Positions 26,698 through 39,660 of a stretch of DNA of 64,000 nt are shown here, in pieces. The stretch is taken from NCBI RefSeq assembly GCF_006345805.1, contig NC_043006.1:75206001-75270000 (forward strand). The letters run 5' to 3'. The DNA comes from Octopus sinensis. Lineage: Eukaryota. Each line of letters begins with the position of its first letter. The stretch's first letter is position 1. Both the position numbers and the translations under genes were made by a program. The notes under the pieces were generated by a model, which searched no databases, was not told the DNA's origin, and was given only the letters and a program-made list of their open reading frames with translations.

Positions 26698-26864
26698 GGG
26701 AGACAGATGCATTGTTTATCAATCACTATAGGGAAGGAAGTTATGGAATGTCTTTCGATTGCTAATTTCTTGTCTATGGCTGCAGGTCCTATAAATGATT
26801 GCAGTGTCAGTCAAACTGATTGGTTTCCCAGACCAAGACTGAAGACTGATTGTTCAGTGGAGTC

Positions 26865-27095
26865 ATCATCATCATCATCGTCATCATCGTCATCATATGT
26901 CTATTTTCCTGCTAGCATGGGTTGGACGGTTCGACCGGGGTCTGGGAAGCCAGGAGGCTGCACCAGGCTCCAGTCTGATCTGGCAGTGTTTCTACAGCTG
27001 GATGCCCTTCCTAATGTCAACCACTCCGTGAGTGTAGTAAGCCACTCTGTGAGTATAGTCAACCACTCCATGAGTGTTGTCAACCACTCCATGGG
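26865..27095 (-). mobile_element. SINE family C with a tandem caaccactcc tail module
   Basis: Family C core followed by 3-4 repeats of gt(c)aaccactcc.tgagt. Confidence 0.8.
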
Positions 27096-27149
27096 GAGAG
27101 CGAAGTGGGGAAAGAAATCCAAAGTATTTTCTTAATATTTTGCGTTTCA

Positions 27150-27330
27150 TTCCCTACTACCGTCCTGCTTTCCAATGCTGGTGGTATTTCTGCTTAAACA
27201 TATTTTGGAGAACTCAGACCACCAAGAAGCAGCTGTATGGAGATCTCCTGCCTATTTCCACCATTATAAGGGAAAGGTGCTTGCACATTGCGGGACATTG
27301 CGGGGTGAGCTAAACAAGAGCTGGCAAGTG
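27150..27330 (+). mobile_element. RTE LINE fragment
   Basis: LNIFWRTQTTKKQLYGDLLPISTIIRERCLHIAGHCG, homologous to the 11.7-kb fragment. Confidence 0.7.
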
Positions 27331-27384
27331 ATCTACTGCCATGGATGCAAAAGCATGGCCGTACTCGAGCTGGTCATTGGAACA

Positions 27385-27670
27385 TGACCGAGGTTACCGA
27401 GGTCTTTTCCGTAAGCTTTTCTTTCCATGGATAAACCTTATCTGCTTCCCCCTTTACACTTTACATCATAACATTTCTGTGATACATGATCCCTATTGAT
27501 CGTTTTTTCTTTTCTTTTTTTCTTTTGTCCTTTTTTTCCCTTTCTACAATCCCTTTTGATCAAAAACCTACCCCACTCCTTTTTTTTTCTCCCCTAAAAG
27601 AAAAGCTCTACTTTGTAATTTGTCCCATCTGTGTCCAGCCCCATGTGGCTCATAAAGAAACATATATAGA
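27385..27670 (+). repeat. unclassified T-rich dispersed repeat (second copy at ~32710-33045)
   Basis: Shared tgaccgaggttaccg.ggtcttttccg...gatccctattgatc...aaagctctac.ttgtaatttgt. Confidence 0.75.
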
Positions 27671-27924
27671 TCAACTCACCACAAGATGCCACCCTGAAAA
27701 TCTCCTTCAACTGATGCAGGAGCAAGATGGATGACATATGTGGGTTAAAAATGTCTGAGCAAGCTTGACCAGATGATGGTTAAAGGGGATGGAAAGGTAA
27801 AAATCGAAGTCATAGCAATGGTGGCCAAAAAGAACACCACAAGGCTTTTTGTTCAATGCCCTTATGACTCACCCAATTAGCTAAAGTTATGTTGGACATA
27901 AGAAGCGTAGGATGTGGCGTGCAA

Positions 27925-28330
27925 GTGAGACGTTTGTTAAAAAGCTTCCTTCCCAAACAATAGTTTCTGGGTTCAGTCCCACTGTGTGGCATCTTGGGCA
28001 AGTGTCTTCTACTATAGCCTTGGGCTGACCAAAGCCTTGTGAATGGATTCGGTAGACGGAAACTGAAAGAAACCCGTCGTATATATATGTGTGTGTGTGT
28101 GTGTGTGTCTGTGTGTGTGTGTGTCTGTATTCGTGTCTGTGTTTGCCCCTCAAAATCACTTGACAACTGGTGCTGGTGTGTTTACATCCCTGTAACTTAG
28201 CGGTTTGGCAAAAGAGACCAAGAGAATAAGTACTAGGCTTAAAAAGAATAAGTTCTAGGGTCGATTTGTTCAACTAAAGGCAGTGCTCCAGCATGGCCGC
28301 AGTCAAATGACAAACAAATAAAAGAATAAG
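27925..28330 (+). mobile_element. SINE family B
   Basis: Family B head, internal microsatellite and tail. Confidence 0.8.
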
Positions 28331-28516
28331 AGAATAATGATATATATGTACTTGTCTATGTGTGTGTGTATGTGTGTGTATATATATATATATATGTATA
28401 TATAGGTATATATATGCACACACACATATATATATATATGTATAAATATAGATATATGTATATATATGTGTATATATATATATTATATATATATATATAT
28501 TATATATATATATATA

Positions 28517-29801
28517 CAGGGTGGGGAAGCAAAATTTACAATATTTTGAGGCAGGGATTGAAAGACAGTGTATGACCAATTTGTTTATTGAAAGTCATGA
28601 GAATTTATTGCCACAAGACAATTTACATAATAGAAAATATTTTTATACTATGTATCTTCCTTCTTTCTCAATAACTGCCTTCACACGCTTCCTGAAACTT
28701 GCACAGGCGTTGCTCAAATATTTGGGAGACAACTTCTCCCATTCTTCTTTAATAGTATATTTAAGGAAGTCGACATTGCTATCTGATATTCTATTGGTAG
28801 CATGTTATAAAACGCCCCAAATAGCATAATCCAGTGCATTTAGATCTGGGCTAGAAGGCGGCCATAAACATGATTCCAAAAAATTGCTAAAGTTGGATTT
28901 ACAGAAATCTTGTATTTTTCTAGCTGTGTGGGCTGGAGCACCATCCTGTGTCCATACATAATTACCATCTGCGTAGTTTGCTTTAATCCATGGCAATACC
29001 TGGTATCTCAGAGTCTTGTAGTAAGTATTAACATTGATCTTTTCATCAGCTTTGTAGAATTTTATAGGCATTTTCTTTCTATCGGAAGCCACAACACCAA
29101 AAGCCATAACTTGAGCAGGATCTTTTGTTTTGAATGTCCCCTTAACTCAGCTGTTGAGTTTGCGATAAATCTGTCATTTCTGCTGTTCAGAACAGCATCA
29201 ACAGTAAAGATCTTTTCATCTGAAAAGATCGTTGCAAAAAGATTGTTCTTGAACCATATAATAATTTTCTTGCACCTTTCCAATCTCTTTTCCTTCATAG
29301 CTGTTGTCAACAAGTGTTTTGGTGTTCTTGTGTAAGATTTTAACCTAAAATCATATTTTACAGCATTTCTAATGGTCGTGTTGTCTACCTCAAGTTCAAT
29401 TGCCATTTTTCACATGGATTTGGTTGGATCCTTTAGGAGTTTGGATTTGAGAGCTTTAATAAAAGCTTTGGTATGTTTTTTGTTGATACCACAACTTCCA
29501 GACTTACTCGTAATAGTTTTGCTCATAGTCATTCTATTCTTTACATTATAAATAGTCTTTATGGACACTCCAACTATTTTTGAAATCTCCTTTGGTGTGA
29601 CGAGTGCATTCAGAAAATCACACACTCTTTGACTTTTGCTTTCCTGATTACTCATATGGGCAAAAGTTTCTGAAAAGGTAAGTATAATAGTGTTAGGTAT
29701 GAGTATGACATCAATATATGCTAGGTTTCAAAATAATTGATTTAGTGCCTCCTGAGAAAAAACAACTTAACGTTCATTGTAAATTTTGCTTCCCCACCCT
29801 G
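28517..29801 (-). mobile_element. full-length Tc1/mariner DD37D (maT/Bmmar1-type) transposon, 1285 bp
   Basis: Perfect 26-bp TIRs CAGGGTGGGGAAGCAAAATTTACAAT; TA on both sides, inside a (TA)n array. Confidence 0.95.
28643..29655 (-). pseudogene. DD37D transposase pseudogene (2 frameshifts, 1 premature stop)
   Basis: MSNQESK...HTH region; FSDEK; QDGAPAH-...-WPPSSPDLNALDY with 37 residues between the 2nd and 3rd Asp; reads through to KEGRYIV* after the stop at 28805. Confidence 0.92.
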
Positions 29802-29809
29802 TATATGTA

Positions 29810-29860
<51 letters not shown>

Positions 29861-29872
29861 TATATATGTATA

Positions 29873-29917
<45 letters not shown>

Positions 29918-30302
29918 GTGTATATATATATATATATTTGTATGTATATATATGTATCATTATCAATATATTGTATGATTTATAGTAAGGTTTATTAAAG
30001 TAATCTTAGCAACAACCCATTCCCCACTCTCTGTCTAAGATAATGGGTGAAGATTACTTGATACATGGGGCTGGAGACAGGGACGTGTAGATTGGCAGTG
30101 GTTGTCACGATGGCGCCAGTGGTAATGGTAGTTGCAGTGATGGTTGCATTGGAACATTGCTGTTATTGTAGTTGTTGTTGCAATGGAGCTTGAGGTGGTT
30201 GTGGGGGCTCCAGTGGAAATCATATTTGAAGTGTATGTTGGCGAGGCAGGTCTGTAGAATTTAGCTTTTGGGAGATCAAATGAATTTTAGTTAATGATCT
30301 TC

Positions 30303-30338
<36 letters not shown>

Positions 30339-30769
30339 ATGCATGTAGACATAAATGTTCTCTTCTGTCACATTCTGTCATACTTTTGTCCATCTCTTGC
30401 TTGTAATCTCATAGAACTGTACTCGCAGGGCACTTGTGGTCTGGCAAACTTCGTGATGGACTTACTAGTGCTGGTGCTATCGAAAAAAGCATCCATTACA
30501 TGCTCTATAGTGGTTGTTGCTATAAACAGTATCAAACTATAGAAACAGTGCCAAAGCAGACACTGCAGTCCTTGGGCCCATCAGATCTTGTCAAACTATC
30601 CAACACATGCCTGTATGGAACATGAATAATAAATGACGATGATGATGATGGTGATGGCCATGATGATGGTGGTGGTGGTTTTGGTGTGTGTGTGTGTGTG
30701 CATTAAAAAAGTTAGTCTTGTCTACTAGCCTATTAAGCTGGAGGTTACCCCAGTTTGCATAGTGCTTAA

Positions 30770-30960
30770 CCAAAGTGAGTGCACATGACTGCCCTCTGAA
30801 TGGGATGCCAGTCCATCCAAGTATTGAACCCTTCACTCAACTGTCACTAGTACTCATTTTTAGTCAAGCAGAAAGAAACAACATGAAATTGCCGTACGTT
30901 GTTTACGGACACAGCATACTGCCTTCTCCTGGTATTGAACCCAATGGCCTTCTGGTAGTA
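30770..30960 (-). mobile_element. decayed SINE, family E-like
   Basis: ctcctggtattgaaccc B-box-like sequence; gggatgccagtccatc tail. Confidence 0.45.
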
Positions 30961-31102
30961 GGTCCAATTCACTTTGCCATGTCTCCTCATACACACATGC
31001 ACTCACTCACACATACACATATACATACTTGTGAATGCATGTGTATGTGTGTGTATGTGTGTATGTGTGTGTGTGTGTATGTGTGTGGATGTGTGAGAGA
31101 GA

Positions 31103-31139
<37 letters not shown>

Positions 31140-31142
<3 letters not shown>

Positions 31143-31345
31143 GCGTTATATTGGTTTCAGATTTTGGCACAGGGCCAGGAAGTTCGGGGCAGTGGGGTTA
31201 ATTCAAGTATATCAACCCCAGTGCTTGACTGGTACTTAGTTTATCGACCCCGAAAAGATGAAAGGCAAAGTGGACCTGGGTAGAATTTGAACTCTGAACA
31301 TAAAAATGGATGGAATGCCATGAAGCATTTTGTCCAGCATGCCCT
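31140..31345 (-). mobile_element. SINE family A, short tail
   Basis: ttatcgaccccgaaaagatgaaaggcaaag...tttgaactc. Confidence 0.75.
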
Positions 31346-31353
31346 GTGTGTGC

Positions 31354-31390
<37 letters not shown>

Positions 31391-32067
31391 ATATTAAAAC
31401 AATACATACTGAGTAAAAGGTAATACCCACCCCCACTCCTATATCAAAAGACACCCCTTCAAAAAAAGAAAAACAAACCCCTGAAAATACTTCAAGCCAA
31501 CTGATTGTGGATCAATACCTACAGCTGGCAGACACACTGTAGTCATGCAAAAAAAAAAATATATATAATAAAAATAAAAATAAAACATACTAAAATAATG
31601 ATTTAGTATCACTATTAACCCCTTTCCCCTACAGTTGTTGTTCTGCTCCTGTATACTCTTCCTTCTACTCCTATAGAAACACCACTGTAGAGGGAATTAG
31701 AAAGTAAGGGAGGAAAGAAAGAAGGAAAGCTGGGAAGGTGAAGAAAGGAGTCGAAGGTGGTAGGTGTGTGTGTGTATGGTGGTGGAGGGTAGGGTCAAGG
31801 GGCAGGTTTAGTGAAAAACGGAAGGCAGTTGCTGACATGCAAAGAAGAATGCAGTCGGTCACAAAGGTGTGTGAAAAACACCATTTATACCCTCTCCCCC
31901 CACACACATACGCATGCACATACACGCATGTGCGAACATGCACACACATGTGCATGTGTGCACACACCTGAGAAACTTCTCACCATCCTCAAAATCAAAG
32001 TTTTTGCTAACATGACACACCTTATCCTAGCTACACGCACACAGGTTGTTGATGATGGTGGTTTCAT

Positions 32068-32068
32068 G

Positions 32069-32126
<58 letters not shown>

Positions 32127-32162
32127 CTTGTCTATCTACCTGTCTATCTATCTATCTGTCTG

Positions 32163-32218
<56 letters not shown>

Positions 32219-32226
32219 CATGTCTC

Positions 32227-32294
<68 letters not shown>

Positions 32295-32302
32295 CATGTC
32301 TC

Positions 32303-32378
<76 letters not shown>
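32068..32378. repeat. (TATC)n array with periodic acatgtctctc interruptions
   Basis: Direct inspection. Confidence 0.95.
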
Positions 32379-33042
32379 ACGGGAAGGAAGAGCTATTTTC
32401 ATCATCCTTGTGGCTATGGCGAAAGAATGTATCTGGTGGACGCGTCTGAAAGGATTGGAGACAAACACTTTCCTCTCTGGTCAATCTCTCATCAACTTCT
32501 TCAAGTACCACTTGAAAAGGAAAGTGAGAGTAGAGAGGCAAGTTTTGTCTAGCGAATGTTTTAAAAAAGATGGGTGAATGTAGCAAGAATGGCACGTATG
32601 AATGACGAAGCCACCTGAGCATAGTCCTATGAACCCAGAAATCGAAAACAGAGAGTTGCTTATTTGCAAAAAAAAAAAAAAAAAAAAAGAAATATAAAAT
32701 GTGACTTCATTGACCGAGGTTACCGTGGTCTTTTCCGCAGGCTTTTCTTTCCACGGGTAAACCTCACCTGTCCTCCCCTTTACACTTCATATTGACATTT
32801 CTGTGATAACGATCCCTATTGATCATTTTTTTTTTCCTCTCCCCCCCTTTTTTTTTATTTTATTTTTTTTTAAACCCCCCCTTATTTTTGTCCTCTTTCT
32901 CTCCTTTTACGATCCCTTTTGATCGAACCTCCCCCTTCCTTTTTTTTTTTTTTTTTTTTTTTAATACCTTCAAAAGAAAAGCTCTACCTTGTAATTTGTT
33001 CTATCTGTGGTGCAGCCCTGTGTGGCTAATAAAGAAACATAC

Positions 33043-33066
33043 TACATGTCTCTCTATCTATCTATC

Positions 33067-33122
<56 letters not shown>

Positions 33123-33128
33123 CATGTC

Positions 33129-33188
<60 letters not shown>

Positions 33189-33196
33189 CATGTCTC

Positions 33197-33240
<44 letters not shown>

Positions 33241-33248
33241 CATGTCTC

Positions 33249-33304
<56 letters not shown>

Positions 33305-33312
33305 CATGTCTC

Positions 33313-33356
<44 letters not shown>

Positions 33357-33683
33357 CATGTCTATCTACCTGTCTATCTATCTGTCTGTCTGTCTGTCTG
33401 TCAATCTATCTATCTATCCACTTATCTAATTATGTATTTATGTATGAATTTAATCTGTCTTTCTATCTGTCCTGTCTGTCTGTCTGTCTCTCTCTATGTG
33501 TGTGTGTGTGTATACTGAGAGAGAGAGTGAGAGTGAGAGAGAGAGAGTGAGAGGGAGACTGAGAGAGTGAGAAAGAGAGTGAGAGATGGAGTGAGTGTGT
33601 GCTTGTGTGTGTATATATATATTGTGTGTATGTGTATACATATGTATGTATGCATATACATGTATACATAGGCATTATATATA

Positions 33684-33717
<34 letters not shown>

Positions 33718-33735
33718 AGAGAGAGAGAGAGAGAG
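33043..33735. repeat. (TATC)n higher-order array plus GA/TG/TA tracts
   Basis: Same interruption motif as 32068-32378. Confidence 0.95.
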
Positions 33736-34299
33736 AGGGAGAGATAACCTCACTCTGTTTCCAGACTTCATTCGACTCACCCTCTCACCACCACTGTCCC
33801 CTCTCCAATACTGTTCCTCCCCTTTTTGCTCTTTTTTTATTAACTTCCAAAACAACCTGTATGCCGACGCCTTCCTCTCCACTCCTACCTTCACATCATC
33901 CCCTACTCCTCCCCTTCCTCATCTTTCCCTCACCCTTCACTTTCTTCACCTATTTATTGATTTTGGTGATAATTGCTACATACTCAGCTTTCATCTGTTA
34001 ACCTCCCCACCAATACCACCACCATCACCATGCTCACCTGGTCTTACCTGTCTGCTGCCTCAACCTTATTGAGAACGTCTCACCTTACCGCACCCTCACT
34101 ATCATACCATCATCTTAGTATAACACTACCTTCCCATACGTAATACCAGTTCACCATACCATGAAAATGAAAAAAAAAAAGACGAAAATAAGCAGGATCC
34201 TTTATGTGGCTATTCAATTTGCTAGAAATAGCAGTCAGTTTTCATGACTCACACTTCATTGTATTAAATAAGAATACAGAGCACTCTTTAGGTGTAGGT

Positions 34300-34600
34300 A
34301 TGGCTGTGTGGGAAGGAATTTACTTCCTCTCCACATGGCACCTTGGGCATCTTCTGTCATATCCTCAGGCCAACCAAAGCCTTGTGAGTGGATTTGGTAG
34401 ATGGAAACCTAAAGAAGTCTTCCACCAGTATGTGACAACCAGTGTTAGTTTGTTTACATCCCCATAACTTAGCAGTTCAACAAGAGACTGATAGAATAAG
34501 AACCAGGATTTAAAAAAAGTATTGTGTTAGCTAAACCCTTCATAACAGAACTCCAGCAAGGATGCTGTCCAATGACTGAAACGAGTAAAAAATAAAAGAT
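34300..34600 (+). mobile_element. SINE family B, decayed
   Basis: caccttgggcatcttc...aaagccttgtgagtggatttggtagatggaaac. Confidence 0.7.
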
Positions 34601-34664
34601 ATATTTATATTAATATTTGTTTGTATGACAGGTTATACTGTATATAAAAACAATTTAATGTTCT

Positions 34665-35115
34665 TTTCTACACTAGACATAAGGCCCAAAATTTTTAGCG
34701 AGGTGGAGGGGGCGGCGGACAGTCGTACACATCAGTACACAACTGGTACTTAATTTGTCAATCCCGAAAGGATGAAAGGCAAAATCGACCTCAGCAGAAT
34801 TTGAACTCAGAATGTAGACAGACAAAATACAGGTAGGCATTTTGCCCAGCGTGCTAACATTTCTGCCAGCTTGCCGCCTTTGTGCTGGAGGAAATATTCT
34901 TTTCTACTCTAAGCATAAGGCCTGAAATTTTTGGGGAGGGACACTGGTCAATTAGATTGACCCAAGTATGCAACTGGTATTTAATTCATCAACCCCCAAA
35001 AAGAATAAAAGGCAAAGTTGACCTCAGCGGAATTTGAACTCAGAACGTAACGGCAGACAAAATACCACTAAGCATTTCACCCGGCATGCTAACGTTTCTG
35101 CCAGCTCACCACCCT
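34665..35115 (-). mobile_element. two tandem SINE family A copies, short tail
   Basis: Two aaggcaaa.t.gacctcagc.gaatttgaactcagaa cores. Confidence 0.8.
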
Positions 35116-35200
35116 ATAACAACCATTTAATATTAAACTGAAAAATTACTCAGTTTAATATATACTTAATTGAGTATATATATTCATTATGCTTTTGCTG

Positions 35201-35301
35201 GAGGTTTGATAACTGTGACTTTGAAATTTTTGGCTTGCTACCATTTGTTGGAGATGAACAAATGCTAGCAGGCCAAAACTTCAAAGTCACTATCACTCCT
35301 C
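35201..35301. ncRNA. pre-miRNA-like hairpin (101 nt)
   Basis: ~33-bp upper stem with 2 mismatches, a bulge and a G:U pair; 7-nt loop ggagatg; basal tgata/tatca and gagg/cctc pairs. Confidence 0.45.
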
Positions 35302-35436
35302 TTCATGTAGAAGTGGTGCAGGTGTGACTACATGGTGGGGGGCTTGCTTCTTAAGTCTTCTACTAGAACTTTGGGCTATAGGAAAAAGTGGTTTCGGTAG
35401 ACAGAAACTGAGAGGAGTCCATCGTTTGTTTGTGTT

Positions 35437-35467
<31 letters not shown>

Positions 35468-35793
35468 GTATTTGTGTGTGTGTGTGTGTGTGTGTGCAAG
35501 CTATTTATTACACTGACACTCTTGCGCCTATGTATATATATGTACCGAATATGTATTGCATATATATATCTGAAAATATAATATGTGACAATTATTCAGT
35601 GACCATGATAAAACTCCGAGTTTCGGATGTCAGGGCAGAAACCCACACTGCCATCTCTTCAGTGGCCAGATAACTGAAGAGATGGTGGCATTTTAATATA
35701 GCTACTGAATAATTGTCACATATATCTACAGATAAATTCCTCTATTTATATAATATCGAGGTCTCTTTCATTCTTTTGTTGCCATTTCTATCA

Positions 35794-35877
<84 letters not shown>

Positions 35878-36221
35878 AGAAAAATCTCTGGACAGTAAAT
35901 TACTGTATCATTTATACAACAAGAAATATGTCTATCATATTTTAAGCCTCATAACACCTACCATAAAGCTGGCTCACTCTCATCTATACTCCCACTCACC
36001 TGAGGGGGCGTTTTAATTTCGTGAGTTACCTGGCGACTTCACTGGTGCTGGTGCCATTCTAAAAGCTCCTCATACATTCTGTAAAGTGTTTGGTGTCAAG
36101 TAAGACATCCTGTCATATAAACTACATCAAAGTAGATGTTGGAGCTCCTCTACCCAGTTGTCTGTCAAGTTAGATCCTATCAAAACATCCACTGTATCCT
36201 GGCATGGACAGTGGATCTTAA

Positions 36222-36284
<63 letters not shown>

Positions 36285-36320
36285 GTGATGGTGATGGTGA
36301 TGGTGATAATGATGATGATG
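36222..36320. repeat. (GAT)n tail of a decayed SINE C (36040-36320)
   Basis: Direct inspection. Confidence 0.8.
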
Positions 36321-37401
36321 ACCTTCAAAACTATCATAAGCAAGGTAAAAGAAATCCTCAGACTGGAGACCCGGTGTCAATATTTGCAACAAGACACCCC
36401 AGCGCCAGGTGGTGGTTGTAAAACCAAACATGATGGATTAAGCCTAGCACCGATGAACAGGAACGATCTCTCTGACCAGGCTTTGACACAGTTTCCACCC
36501 AAATTTAACTTCCATGACTGTGTTAAACCACATTAGCTCAAGGTGCTGTGCAGTGGTATTGAACCTGGAAACTTGTAGTTTTGGAGCAAACTTCATAAAA
36601 TTTCAGTTATGCTTACACCACTAGTTTTACTGTGTAGGTGCTAGTTACAGTGGTGAGATATGCCAACCAGAAGGTTCCTATTTACAGTGAGGTCAGCTAA
36701 TAGGATCCTTGCTCGTTAAGTATGCTATTCACCAACACAGGCAATACTGATGATAGAATATAAGTCACTGACCTTTTGGCTATTTATTTGGCATCTTTTG
36801 GCCATTATTTTGGTCAGTTGCCACTTGCATATCTTCAAAGAACACTTCAGTGTATCTGAGATGAAGTATCATTGAGGCAAAGTATAATTATGGTGATTAT
36901 AAAAGCTCATCTTTTCTGTTATTGTAATTCTTTAGAAATATGTAATTGCGAACTAATTTGGAGGTGATCAGTGATTTTGACTAATCAAAATGTTGTATAA
37001 ATGAATAGAAGCCATTATAATAATGACTGAGAAGATGGAATTTATGGATTAATAATCTCTTGTTATTTCACTGTATACTATCTTGGAGAAAAATTATTCC
37101 TTGCTATTTCTTGATTTCATCTTTGTTAATCATCTGCTGTCAATGCTTACTAGGCAATCTCCATGCAGAGTCACTCGACCTGCTAACAAGAGCAGCTAAG
37201 TCTCCTGCAAACCATGCCTAAGTGTTGGCAAGGCTGTCTGATTTAGAAGCTCACTTTGCAATTATATGCTTTTGGGTTCAATCCTACTGTGTGTCACTTG
37301 GGCAAGTGTCTGCTACTATAGCCCCAGGCTGACTGAGGTCTTGTGAGTGAATTTGGTAAATGAAAACTGAAAAGCAGCCCACTTCTCTCTCTCCTTCTTT
37401 G

Positions 37402-37434
<33 letters not shown>

Positions 37435-37447
37435 CACACACACACAC

Positions 37448-37479
<32 letters not shown>

Positions 37480-37600
37480 CACGTGATCACGTGACCGACC
37501 AGGCTATCAGATGTTGCTCCACATCGCTGGTCACAATGCGCTTCGCATTGCTTTAGCCTTCAAATGATGCCACCTCGCTGGCTAAGCGAGCAGGCCAATA
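37480..37600 (+). repeat. short dispersed repeat (second copy at ~19450-19560)
   Basis: gaccag(g/a)ctatcagatgttg...ttcaaatgatgccacctc(g/a)ctggc. Confidence 0.7.
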
Positions 37601-37620
37601 TATATATATATATATATCCA

Positions 37621-37810
37621 TATAAAGGGGATGACTACTAAGTGGACATCCATTATGCTAGAAGTTGACCCCCTATGGTCTTACCACTAAGAAAGAAATG
37701 TTCTCAAGAAAATTTAGCAAACCCAGAGAACATTCCTTTCTTAGAGGTAAGACCATTGGGGGTCGTCTTCTATCATAATGGATGTCCACTAAGTGGTCAT
37801 CCCTCTTATA
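37621..37810. mobile_element. palindromic MITE (~85-bp arms, ~20-nt loop), TA-flanked
   Basis: gatgactactaagtggacatccattatg...aatgttctc / gagaacatt...cataatggatgtccactaagtggtcatc. Confidence 0.8.
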
Positions 37811-37940
37811 TATATATGTAATATAATTTTTCTGAATCTTCAGATTTTTCAGCATGCTAAACCACTGGTTTTAAATTTATATTAGCAGTACAGCAAAAGA
37901 GAGTGATGGAGTAAGTACCAGCTTAAAACTAAGTACAAAC

Positions 37941-38908
37941 AAATATATACACGCACATTATACATACGTGTGTATAGATGAATATATAAATACATTTAAA
38001 TATCTATATACACTTTTGGGCGATCTTTCTGCTACTTGGAGATAACTTTAGATCTTATTTTCGTCCTAAAAAACTTTGTATGGAGTGAATGGTTACCTCT
38101 ATGGAAATATATACACACACGTTATACATACATGTGTGCATAGATGAATATATAAATACATTTATATATCTATAACACTTTTGGGCGATCTTTCTGCTAC
38201 TTGGAGATAACTTTAGATCTTATTTTCGTCCTAAAAAACTTTGTGCGGAGTGAATGGTTACGTCTATGGAAATATATACACATACATTATACATACATCT
38301 GTGTATAGATGAATATATAAATACATTTAAATATCTATATACACTTTTGGGTGATCTTTCTGCTACTTGGAGATAACTTTAGATCTTATTTTCGTCCTAA
38401 AAAACTTTGTGCGGAGTGAATGGTTACGTCTATGGAAATATATACACATACATTATACATACATCTGTGTATAGATGAATATATAAATACATTTAAATAT
38501 CTATATACACTTTTGGGTGATCTTTCTGCTACTTGGAGATAACTTTAGATCTTATTTTCGTCCTAAAAAACTTTGTGCGGAGTGAATGGTTACGTCTATG
38601 GAAATATATACACATACATTATACATACATCTGTGTATAGATGAATATATAAATACATTTATATATCTATATACACTTTTGGGTGATCTTTCTGCTACTT
38701 GGAGATAACTTTAGATCTTATTTTCGTCCTAAAAAACTTTGTGCGGAGTGAATGGTTACGTCTATGGAAATATATACACATACATTATACATACATCTGT
38801 GTATAGATGAATATATAAATACATTTAAATATCTATATACCTTTTGGGTGATCTTTCTGCTACTGGATATACTTTAGATCTTATTTTCGTCCTAAAAAAC
38901 TTTGTATG
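37941..38908 (+). repeat. tandem satellite, 164-166-bp unit, ~5.8 copies
   Basis: Unit starts aaatatatacac at 37941, 38105, 38270, 38436, 38602 and 38768. Confidence 0.95.
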
Positions 38909-39209
38909 AATTGAAAAGAAAATGAATTGAAATTTTTAGAAAGGAATTTGTTTACATACATGTGTGAAATGGCAAATGTTTGTGCAGTTGTCCGAAATGG
39001 AACCAGGGTAAATGTGTGGAACTGATGTATTATAATGAATAGTTTGACTAAAACTCTTGAAGGTGGTGCCTCAGCATGGCCGCAGTCAAATGACTGAAAC
39101 GAGTAATTGATAAAAAAAGATGAAAGGGTGTTTAGCTACTAATTAACCCTCTGACTTTCATTGTTTCTTTTCTCTATGATTCCGCAGCAAATGAGAATAT
39201 CATTTATTT

Positions 39210-39441
39210 ATCTTTTACTTGTTTCGGTCGTTGGACTGTGACCATACTGGAGCACCACTTTGAAGGGTTTAGTTGAAACAAATCAACCCCAGTACTTATG
39301 CTTTTTAAAATCTGGTCCTTATTTTATCAATCACTTTTGCTGAACCGCTAGTTTCAGGGATGTAAGCAAACTAACATTGGTTATCAAATGATGGTGGTGG
39401 TGGTGGCAGGGCTAAAACACAAAGACACACTCACTCACTCA

Positions 39442-39504
<63 letters not shown>

Positions 39505-39660
39505 ACACACACATACACAAAAACATGATGGGCTTCCACACAGTTTCCATGTACAACATTCACTCACAAGGCATTGGTGGGACCTGGACTATGATAAAAG
39601 ATACCTGCTCACAGTACTGCACAATGGGACTGAACTCAAACCAGAGGGCTCCAAACAAGC
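39210..39660 (-). mobile_element. SINE family B variant, decayed, with a (CA)n core
   Basis: ttttacttgtttcggtcgttggactg...aatgggactgaactc. Confidence 0.7.

Noticed and set aside
36395-36420. cagcgccaggtggtgg, CTCF-like
   Set aside because: Two mismatches fall in the central core.
37941-38908. Regular repeats considered as a CRISPR-like array
   Set aside because: The units are contiguous with no unique spacers, and the context is eukaryotic.
39150-39200. Strong acceptor-like tract ending ccgcag at 39187
   Set aside because: There is no donor, and the sequence runs into a SINE tail.
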